A model generated the notes under the pieces. The model made no database searches and was not told the DNA's origin. It was given only the letters and a program-made list of their open reading frames with translations. The position numbers were made by a program, and so were the translations under genes. Shown piece after piece: positions 12,101 through 24,100 of a stretch of 64,000 bases of DNA. Numbering within the stretch: position 1 is the stretch's first letter; the number at the start of each line of letters is the position of its first letter. This stretch comes from Saccostrea cucullata (taxonomy: Eukaryota): contig NW_026918070.1 of the NCBI RefSeq assembly GCF_032062105.1, forward strand, positions 62,001 through 126,000, in the 5' to 3' direction.

Positions 12101-15100
12101 AAAATGTTTTAATTTAAAATACTTCAATCTTAAGACAACACTATAAGAATTTTGCTGATATATAAATGTGCATTTTTCGCAAAACTTTTAGTGTATCTCT
12201 CTCATTCCTTAACACCGTTATTTGTATGCAGATTAACATTTCAAAGCTATTTTTGAGGAATTTAAATAATTATTTGTTTCATTCACTATGACAAAATGCA
12301 GAAAATATTACACGATATGAGAATGCCATGCAAAATAATGAATTAAGGAACAGTAAACTCAATTTTTTTTAAAAAAATGTTCTCTCAAGATAATCAAAGC
12401 CAGATTGGATCTTTGAGAAAAATTGAATTCCGGGCATTTCTCTCTGATAATGTGTGTCTGGGGATTTTAATTTATCCATCTTTATATTATTGTGCAGTCT
12501 TTACGGCTTTATCGCCATGATCAATATATCTGCCCAGGATCGAAGAATCAAAAGCATGATATCAACAGAATTCTATCAAAATAGGCCTTTTCTTCAATTC
12601 GTAATAACCAAAGAACAACCAGGAGGTCGAGGATAGACAGTGAATCTATACTTATAGTTTTCTAGATGTGTGTAATTTTTGCATTTCATAAACAGTGATT
12701 TGAACATATTTTATTGTATATACTTTACAATTTGGATTGGGCAAAAGTTCGAAAAACTTATTACGCCCTCTCCCTATATATACATTATACCAAACATATT
12801 TACACACATGGGTTTCAGCTTAAAATGAATAACACAGAAAAACATAATATATAATAATCAGAGTAAAACACATTCAATAGAATACAGTCCATATGTAATA
12901 AACATGCTGTATAAGATTTACAATTAGAAATAATTATTGTATCAACCAAATCGTCTTGAATTTTTAATAAAAGTTTTTTACAATAGAAAATAGGTATTCA
13001 TTTTCAACATCATTTAACGATTTGTCTCCCCAGAGTAAAGTGTGAGTATCGACAGTGTGTAATTTACCCATTCGCAAAAATTTGTCAAAAAATTCTTTCC
13101 TGGCTTCAGAAATAATGATGAGTATCCTCTACTCTTCCACAAGAACATAGTGGACTCAAGATTACATTACATCCAAAAAGATCGCTATTTAGCACGCAGT
13201 TATGTCTAAGCCTCGTGTGAATTATATTTAAGCGTCGAGTTCCATAACTAAAGTAAGAGGGTGGCATTTGTTTATTGTAAGAAATAGAGTTTTTAAAAAT
13301 AGATAACGAGGAAGAATTTTTTACATTAAGAGGTAATGAGTTCCATTCTTCAATAACAAGGGGAACGAAAGTTGACTTGTAAGCTTGCAATCAACATTTG
13401 GGTATATTATAATTCTGCGAGTTTCTCGTACTGTAACTTGATGAATTACATCGTAAGTTTGGGATTATATCAGTTAGATATTCAGGAACTTGGTTTCTAT
13501 CAATTTTATACATTGTAGTTAGTCTAGTCTTTTTCCTTCTTTCATGCAATGGTTCCCATCCATTTTCAAAGTAAAGTGCATCTTTAGAAGCTAACAGAGT
13601 TAAGCCTGTGACAATTCTAGCAGCACATAGTTGTAATTTTTCTAATTTTTCGCTGTCACCTACATTACATCCACCCCACACCAAGGAAGCGTATTCTAAC
13701 TGTGGCAGTATTTAAAAGATACAAGTTTCTCTTTTTTTGATTTTTATTTTTTGAAATTTACGGAAGGCTATTTAGAACCTAACTAAAATATTTGTTAGAA
13801 AATGATTTTATATTTAATTTCATGTATTACGACAAATATGTAGAATTTATTGTTATTTTCTTTTTAAACAATCTTATGAAGAATGAAATTCTTAGTGAGT
13901 CTATTTAGAATTAATCAAACATATATTTCAATTCGATATAACAAATAGTGGAAGTTGTAAAAAAAAAATGAAAATAATTCGTTAAACAATTCTTGCAATT
14001 GTTAAATTAGTAATACATTGTATGACACTCCAATATTTTTATTTCAATTAAATTTGTTTAACCAATTTTAAACTTAAAATTATCATAATAAATTCGTTTA
14101 AATCATTTCTTATATTAAATTCGTTTAAAAGATCTAAACTTGTTTTATTGAAATATACATTTTAGGCCAATAACATATTATCTACAATCCAATAAATTGA
14201 TTTTCCAAAATTATATCAACGAATTTAATTCGTTTTAAAAAGTATAAATCTTTATTTTAAGCATATTTAATTAGGAATTTGAATTAAATTCTAGATGTTG
14301 TCCATTTAATTTATTCTGTTAAAGCAATTTCTTGCATTCGTTATTATGAATTCAATATCATTTTTACTACTATTCGTTTTAAGAAATTAAACAAAAATGA
14401 TTTAAAAATGACCTAATGAATTTGTGTAACGAATTTCACCAATTTTAATTTTGAATTCAAAAAGAATTCTTTTATAAGTCCTTTATTAGGTATAATAAAA
14501 TTCCTTTCAACTATTTCAATACTGCATACATGTAATTTGCAATTGTTCACTTTGTTTCAATGCATCTCTAAATCTACTTAAAACATATTCCATTCTAATA
14601 AGTTTTGACATATTTCAATTCTGTGAGAACAAGTTAAAATTTCAATTTGCTTCTTGTTACTTAGTATATTAATATTCTAATATAAATAATTTATTTATAA
14701 ATGTACAATAATTCATTAGTTTATGTCAATGAAATGTTGTCCTAAGGTGTTATATTTTTATTATATAATTATTCTATTTACAGTTTTGACGTTATTGGTC
14801 CTAATAACAGCACAACAAACTCCAGGACCTAAGCCAAGCGGATCTTGTGGTAAGTAAAATATAAACTACCTAATTAATGATCAATACGAACGCAGTAATA
14901 TCCTGGATATGGACAAAGCAAGTGTAGAATTAAGTTTAACGAAAATGCAACAATTAAGTATACCCCGAACTTATAAGTATGAATATAGAGTGCGATACTC
15001 ATCTATATCTTGAACCCGTGCATATAGTAGCGTGTTGAAAGAAAACTCACATCATGTAATTCTTCTGTTAGTTTACCACCCGATCTGGTGGATCATGTTG

Positions 15101-18100
15101 TGTATGAAATCAAGTTGTATATAAAGGACTCATCTTTTTTCATTCTGGGTAAAGTCACATCTCGATTTGACAAACTGAGTCCAGTTGTCACAAAACCAGT
15201 GAATATAGTCCCCAGTGAAATGTTCCCAGCCTCATTGATCATTAGGTCAAATCAAGTCATTCAACACTTTTTTTTTACATGAATTCAATGCCTATATATA
15301 AGATTAGATCATTTTTTCAATAATGATTGAATATGCATATACTTAACGTAAGATGTTTTTAATATCTCAGCAAACACCACTGGACTCCCCTGTCCACACG
15401 TCTGTCCGTGTTATGAGAAAAAGGCTCCCGAGGACTGCTTCTCTTTTGATGAGTTTGGGAATCCGTTGCCATGCCCAATGATAGATTTCAATGTAACTCT
15501 ATCCAGAGCCAGAAACGAGACTTCAGAGGCGGAAGGTAGGAATCTTGGAATATCATTCATAAAATCATATCATTTTCAGTAAATATTTAATATTTATGTA
15601 AAAGTTGAGCAGGGAATAAAAACAGAATCACGTAAGAAATCTGGGCTTTAAAAGAAAAATTAAAGTATCCATGTGTTTTAAGAAAAATCATTGTATTGAC
15701 ATACGTCAGTCTGAGATGTTATTCTCCTTTTAAAATAAATGTTACCTAGAATTTTAGATAATTAATCACATTTCTTTCGAAGATAACTATTGCAATAAAT
15801 TCGATTTAGATAGTCGGGTAAGGAGATTTTTGCAGAAGCTTACAGTTCGACACAGGGGAATTCCTTAAAAGCTCTTTTTCAAATATTAAAATAGTTTTGA
15901 ATTTTTTATAGACGTAAATTTAAATTGTTTTTTTTAATTCTTGTGCAGGATCTAAATACTAGTATGTTCACTTTTAAGTGAAAATATTCTAGATATAATC
16001 CGTTGTGAAATTATTCGTTTTCAATCAGATATCTGATAAATACGTTAAAGAAATTTTGGTTTCCTTCACAAAATACTTCTTATTTCTTAATTTCAAAGTG
16101 TTTGTCTAACTTACAATTATTTATTTTCGCCGAATAAGAGATAAATAATAAATATAAAATTCTTTTACTGGTTTTAACTTTGTTCATAGACTAGTAGATT
16201 GATCATTTTACATTTTTTTGTTGTACTTATATTACTGCGAATACTTATTGTAGTCTTTGAGGCAAATTCTGTCATGGGTACATGTTCCCGCCATGCTAAG
16301 TATCTTGATACTTGGGCCAGACTTACAGATGACACAAAACAAAAGATTAAAAATTTCCTCTCCAACCCTGCCGACCCAAGTATCACCTACCAAGACATCG
16401 AGAAAATGCCCATCGAAGCTTTTTCTGCTGCTAACGTAAATATGGATTTAATACACACATAAATAGCGTTTTAATCATGGAATAGAATAATCGTGTTACT
16501 TAAAGTTAACTGACATTTACAGAAGACTTTGTGGCGAGAGGTCATGTCCAAGGCATCAGACAGACAAAAACTGGCTATTCAGATGAAGGTCATGACGAGT
16601 AAGGACTGTGAAGTTCAAAGCATGCTCAAAGGACTCAACTTTACCAAACTCTATCTGGTACTTGTTGAAACATTCTCAAATGGTGCATTAATGCTATTGG
16701 GTAAAAATTCATGTGAATGGTTTTAATTTACTTCATTTCTCATGTTTATTTGATAACAGGCCAGTGAAGCAAAGAAAGAGGTAGATGCTACCATTTTTGG
16801 AGAAGATCTCTGCCGTGCACTTCTGCATAACTGTTCATATCTACCACCAGAGCTCTTTACGTTCATTAACACCACAGCTCCAATTTGCTTCTTATATTTC
16901 GGTGAAGATTGCTTAGGCTCAAAAGACGGAATGAAATTCTTTGGTAGGTAATAAAATTTTATTACCGCGAGGAGGAATTTCTAAAACGAAGTAAATTATT
17001 GACAAACAAGTTGATGTAACAAGAATATCAGGAGTTTCGCTTAAAGTTACCATTTTGTAAGTTCTATGGTCGATGCAATGACCTTGTCAACAAGTACAAT
17101 TTATCATTGAGTCAAATGCTGACTGGCATATTTCATACTAATTGTTAGTCCATTATTTATACACTGAATTGGCGAGGGATTTTTTCATTATTTTCCGATC
17201 ATGAAATACAGCTCACTTCTCCATGGCACCTTATCCACCTCAAATGATTTAGAGGTCCGTTTTGCTCTGCTCCTATTTGAGCATACTTTATTTGAACAGT
17301 AACGTCAAGGGACGTAGGCAACTTGTGACTAAATCCATCATTCAATTAAATGGCCTGCTACACGCAAAATTAAATTAATCACAATAATTCATAAAAATAA
17401 CATTTAAGATAATGGATAGCTCATGTGCTTCTAAATTTCTCTATTTACTACTTGTGTAAAACACAGAACCAGGAATAAATATACATAGTTTTAGAAACTT
17501 TTTAGAAACATCTTTCTTATTGAATGGATTGTAAATGTGTGTTTCAATATTAATATTTTTATCATCTAGGTAATTTTACCGGATTGCCATGTCCAAAGGA
17601 GTGTCCATGCTACAAGGATAAGGGTATAGGAGACGGCTTCTCCTTTGATCAAAATGGACTTCCCCTACCGTGTCCAAATATAGACATGAATGTTACTCTA
17701 TCAAGGGCCAGGAACGAAACGTCAGAAGCAGGAGGTAAATCTTAAGAATAACCAAATGGCCTAGGAACAATGGGTCATGATATCTGAAAAAATGGTTGAG
17801 GAATAATGTAAAAATTACTCATCTTAAAATCTGTTGATATAGCGTAATCAATTGTTCATTTTTGAAAGATTTGTAATTAATATATGATAAAATATATTCA
17901 ACTATAAAAATAGGTACAAATTTCATTTTTCCTAATCATACTCTGCTGCTTTATTAAAAGCATATTTCAGATGTACTTGTAGTGGACTTTATTTTTAGTC
18001 CAGTTCTTCTATTGCAAATATACAGAGTATACAATATATAGTCAAAACAATGACAAGACCTCCCAGCAATAAGAAAAATCACAACAATGCACGTATAAAG

Positions 18101-21100
18101 AAATATAATATTTTTTCTTGCAATAAAAATAGATTAATCCATAAATTTTGAATTGAGATACATCAAACAATTTTCAAGGATTTTATTCAATGTAAACTAC
18201 TGCTTCAATAGACTCAATTAAAAAATAATAACATGCATGAATACTTAATTAAATCTTCGAAAAAGGGCGTAGGGAATCTTTTTTAATATCAAATGAATAC
18301 GTTTTTTACTTCAATGTAATTATGTATTTCTGATATTATATATTTACCACAATTTTGGTGATATATAAATTTTTAAAGAGTTATTTCATCGAGACAATGT
18401 CAATTCATTTGGGATAATATTAAAAATTAACAATTGCAAAAACATTCTACGATTAACGAGCATATATCGATCTGATGAAAAACTTATAGAATACAAACCT
18501 ACGAACATTGTATAAATACAGAACCTTGGAAGTTCCAGATGCTGGATCCATATACCCAGGGAATGGTAATAGTCCTAATCACCAATTATATTAACAGTCA
18601 TATCAATTCTTAACTAGAGTATGGATATTGATCACTGTTTTTTTATTTATTCATTTTACTCATTTTTCAAAGTTATTTTGCAAATTATTTCATAGAAACA
18701 AATCGATAAGAATACCAAGAGTATGATGATAATGATGATTGTTAATGGGCAGGGCTTCTAAGTTACATTAATGCTTTTTAAATAATAATGAAGATTATTC
18801 AATTGTGTTGTGGCAGGCATGACGTATTCCCTGACAAAACTTACTTTTGTTAACTATAGTTTATTGATTATAGTGTAATTTACATTTCACATCACTCAAT
18901 TTAATGTATTAGTATTTTACTAGGTCTTTCTGACTTGCCTTATTATGTCTTCGAAATATTCTTGTAGTGTTTGAGGCAAATTCTGTCATGGGTACATGTT
19001 CCCGCTATGCTAAGTATCTTGATACTTGGGTCAGACTTACAGATGACACAAAACAAAAGATCAAAACTTTTCTCTCCAACCCTGCCGACCCCAGTGTCAC
19101 CTACCAAGACATCGAGAAAATGCCCATCGAAGCTTTTTCTTCTGCTAACGTAAGTATGAATTCGATACACACAGAAATGGCTTTTCACACACATAAAGTT
19201 AGCGGAGAGTTTAACACAAAGCGAAGCTAATTCAAATTGAATGGAATAGCAAAATTTAGTCAAATGTCATAGGTACTTGTGCTATTTTTTGAAAAACTAA
19301 AAAAAAAGTTGCCATTATGTCAAATGGATTTGACATTTACGTAATTTGCAAATGACATTGTGGCCGGAGCAGGTCGCAGTAGCTGTCGTGTGAACGCAAT
19401 TTTATTCGCATTAGTTTGATTTGCATAAGTTTACTTCGCATTAATTTACTTTGAATTAAACTCTCCATGTAAACAGGGCATTAATTGACAAAAACTGGCT
19501 ATTCAGATGAAGGTCATGACGAGTAAGGACTGTGAAGTTCAAAGCATGCTCAAAGGACTTAACTTTACCAAACTCTATCTGGTACTTCTAAATAGTGTAT
19601 TAATGCTATTGGAAAAAGATTCATGTGACTGATGTCAATTTACTTCATTTCTTATGTTTATTTGATAACAGGCCAGTGAGGCAAAGAAGGAGGTAGATGC
19701 TACCATTTTTGGAGAAGATCTTTGCCGTGCACTTCTGCGTAACTGTTCATATATACCCCCAGACCTCTCTAGGTTCATTAACACCACAGCTCCAAATTGC
19801 TTCTCACATGTTTCTGAAGATTGCTCAGGCTCTAAAGACGGAATGAAATTCTTTGGTAAGTAATATAATTTGCTTACCAAAGTATTGGATTTCTTAGTAT
19901 AATTAGCATTGACTTTGATATTGTGCAATTTACTTTTCTATGATGATTACATGTGAAATATTGAAGAACTCATGACTGTGTAAGGGTGAAAATAATTAGC
20001 TATCCTCAGAAAAGTTAATAAATATATATCCCGGTGAGCTTGAAATAAAAGATATCATAAAGTTCTTCGGTTTGTAAAATTTTGACTTGCTGATTTATCT
20101 CTTTTTTTAAATATCTTGTATTCGACTTTTATGACCAGTATTTGTAAATTAGTATCGTGTAACTTATTAAAGATAAAAATATATGAGCATTTCTAGAGGT
20201 ATTTTTCACAATACATTATTGAAAATTTCAAGATAAAGGATATCTCACCTGCTTTTCTAAGCCATATTTTATCTTCGAGAAACACCGCAAGAAACTTAAT
20301 TTTTCTCAGTATTTGGAAACAAACATCTCTTTCTTATTATAGAATGTAAATGTGTGTTTCAATATTAATATTTTTATCTAGGTAACTTTACCGGATTGCC
20401 ATGTCCAAAGGAGTGTCCATGCTACAAGGACAAAGGTACAGGAGACAGTTTTTCCTTTGATCAAAATGGACTTCCTCTACCGTGTCCAAATATAGACATG
20501 AATGTTACTCTATCAAGGGCCAGGAACGAAACGTCAGAAGCAGGAGGTAAATGTCAAGCTTTAGAATAACAAAATGGCTTAGGAACAATGGGTCTGGACC
20601 TGTGAAAATAACAGGTTAAGGGATAATGTAGTAATTTCTAATTGAGGATAAGTAAATTCAAAGTGGTTAAGTTTCACACTTGTATAATTTTTCTTGTATA
20701 TATAATAAATTTCTTTAGCATAAGGGGTGTTTTGTGTTCTAAATATCACATTTGGTTTATACTTGAATTATACTTCTTCTTGTTTAAACTCAGCCAATAA
20801 GGACCCGGCGGATTCATAACATTAATCAAACACTTCCAATTATTTCCATGAGAGATAAAGTTACAATTTCATATTAGACACCCGACCCTAACTTTTATCT
20901 TTTCATATGTAACTATGTATTTATTTGGATATCTTCTCATGAAACACTAAATTTGTTTAGAATTACAATCGTTAAACCTCCTGACTTGTATTAAATATTT
21001 CACATTGTCTATTACTACATGTATTAAATTTCCACAAAAATATCTTGTAGTGTTTGAGGCAACTTCTGTCATGGGTACATGTTCCCGCTATGCGAAGTAT

Positions 21101-24100
21101 TTGGATACTTGGGCCAGACTTACAGATGACACAAAACAAAAGATAAAAACGTTCCTCTCCAACCCTGCCGATCCAAGTGTCACCTACCAAGACATCGAGA
21201 AAATGCCCATCGAAGCTTTTTCTTCTGCTAACGTAAGTATGAATTTAATACACACAGAAATGGCTTTTCATTCATTAAATAGAGCAGTATTGTCACTCAA
21301 AGTTATGCCCCTTCACACGGAGAGCTGAATTCGAATTAAACTTAAAGTTACTGCAAATTTGCTTTGCCTACCGTTCACACGGAGAATTTAATGCGAATTA
21401 GTTTACTGCGCATTAAATTACTTCGCATTAGCTCTGTGTGAACACTAAGCGAAGCTAATTCGAATTGAATTCTGAGGCATGCGTAATGGCAAAATTTAGT
21501 CAAATGTCACTTGTCGGTGGTCAGCTATAGGTACTTGTGCTATTTTTGAGTGAAAAACTAAAAAAAAAAAATGTTAATCATTAAAATGTATATACACACA
21601 CTTTGCCATTATGTCAAATGGATCTGCTTCTACATAAGGTGACGTGATTTGCAAATGACTTCATAATAGTCGTGCTGACGCCGGACTGCAGAACTGAAAT
21701 TTTAATTCGCATTTACTTCACAGTAGCTGTCGTGTGAACGCAATTTAATTCGCATTAGTTTGATTTGCATAAGTTTACTTCGCATTAATTTACTTTGAAT
21801 TAAACTCTCCATGTAAACAGGGCATTAATTGACATTTACAGAAGACATTGTGGCGAGAGGTCATGTCCAAGGCATCAGACAGACAAAAACTGGCTATTCA
21901 GATGAAGGTCATGACGAGTAAGGACTGTGAAGTTCAAAGCATGCTCAAAGGACTCAACTTTACCAAACTCTATCTGGTACTCATTGAAACCTTCTCAAAT
22001 AGTGCATTAATGCTGTTGGGTAAAAATTCATGTGAATGATGTCAATTTACTTCATTTCTTATGTTTCTTTGATAACAGGCCAGTGAAGCAAAGAAGGAGG
22101 TAGATGCTACCATTTTTGGAGAAGATCTTTGTCGAGCACTTCTGCGTAACTGTTCATATCTACCCCCAGACCTCTTTAGGTTCATTAACACCACAGCTCC
22201 AAATTGCTTTTCACATGTCTCTGAAGATTGCTTAGGCTCAAAAGACGGAATGAAATTCTTTGGTAAGTAATATAATTTGCTTACCAAAGTATTGGATTTC
22301 TTAGTACAATTAGCATTGACTTTGATATTGGTAAATTTGCTGATATGAAGACCATATTTAAAACAGTACAGAAAAAAACAACTGTTTTAGGGTGAAAAAA
22401 ATTATCTATTCTGAAAAATGTTATTCAAGGAATTAATTTAACAGATACCAAAACTATGCTACATATATGTATTTTTATCATCTAGGTAATTTTACCGGAT
22501 TGCCATGTCCAAAGGAGTGTCCATGCTACAAGGATAAGGGTATAGGAGACAGCTTCTCCTTTGATCAAAATGGACTTCCCCTACCGTGTCCAAATATAGA
22601 CATGAGTGTTACTCTATCAAGGGCCAGGAACGAAACGTCAGAAGCAGGAGGTACATGTAAAGCATAACAAAATAGCATAGGAACAATGAGTCATGTTCTG
22701 TAAAAATAATTAGTTAAGGGATAATGCAGTAATAAAAATAAAGGATAAGTAAACGGATATTGGTTAAGTTTCAAACTGGTAAAATTTTTTGTATATAATA
22801 ATTTTACTATAGATATGGAAATGCGGTGTTCTAAATGTAGAATTTGATCGATGGATAAATTGTATGTTGTTTAACGCCCCTCACGCGAATTCTTCACTCA
22901 TATACAGCTGTAGAGACGCCATTACTTGCCGGAAAAGAGCAACATATTTTATTCTATACTCGGCACTCAAGACCAAAAGCAGGGAGGGAACCTTTTCATG
23001 CCAACACCTACTGCGACACGGGACCTCGGTTTCTACGGTCTCATCCGAAGGACCGGTCTCCATGTCCCACAGTGGGATTCGAACCCTCGGCGTAAGGATT
23101 GATTCCTTGCTTCGCGACTCTAGAGCAGACGCTCTAACCACTGCGCCGCGGGGGCAACTGTAGAATTTGATCATTTCTTCCCGTTTATACTAAGCCAATA
23201 ACTTCTACTAAAGACTTGATCGGTTCTTTACATTAATCAAATACTTTCATCAATGTTTGAGCTTGAGAGATAAAAAATTACAGTTGCATGTTAGACATCT
23301 GATTCTTTCGTTGATGTTTCCATATGTAACTATGTATTTATGTCGACACCTTCTCATGGAACACTAAAGAACTATATGCGGTATGTTGCATATATATGCC
23401 CCCACAAAAGTCAAATTTTGAAAACTTCCTGAAATGTGCTGAATTCAATAAATTGTATGAGAAATATAAATTAACAGAAAATATTATAGTGTCAAAGCAG
23501 TGTATTCACAATTTTTGTTTTTATGACGTCACAAACTAGTCCGATTTTATATCCTTTTTCAGAAAGAGGACAAAATGGACAAAATTTCAACAATTTTAGC
23601 TTTAAAATTTACAGAGCGCAAGTTTGTTCAGGAACAATATTGACAAATTTCATTGATATTATCATTCTACACATTATATCAAAATATTGATCCTGAACAC
23701 ACATGCGCTCGGTGACTTTTACTCAAAATATCGACGAAATATGTACATTTTTCTGTAAAATTCATAAAAAACTGAAATTTACGTCATGTTTGTGACGTCA
23801 TTACGTACATATGGCGTCATTACTTATGAAAATATTCAGTGCTTTGAAGTCAACATATACTCCCCTATTTAAGAACATAATTAAATATATCTCCATCAAA
23901 GTTTGATTTCGGGGGCAAATATTGGTTATTACCGAATAAAGTTCTTTGTTTAGAATTACAATCGTTAAACCCCCTGACTTGTATTTTAATTTCACATTGT
24001 TCACTTTTATTAAAATTTCTTGTAGTGTTTGAGGCAAATTCTGTCATGGGCACATGTTCCCGCCATGCCAAGTATTTGGATACTTGGGCCAGACTTACAG

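Noticed and set aside
14723-14783. In-frame ATGs (14723/14729) giving MSMKCCPKVLYFYYIIILFTVLTLL.. without an upstream exon
   Set aside because: The stretch looks like an AT-rich intron end with a good tttacAG acceptor. The exon at 9070-9106 gives a cleaner signal peptide with a consensus phase-matched donor. Not fully excluded.
19471-19492. MITE-derived aaacAG acceptor that could rescue exon C2 in frame
   Set aside because: It reads GGC ATT AAT TGA, an in-frame stop. There is no evidence for selenocysteine recoding or readthrough.
23020-23056. Hammerhead-like cggatgag..gaaac in the SINE core (- strand)
   Set aside because: The core is CGGAUGA rather than CUGAUGA, and I could not build the three hammerhead stems. 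Better explained as the SINE V-like domain.
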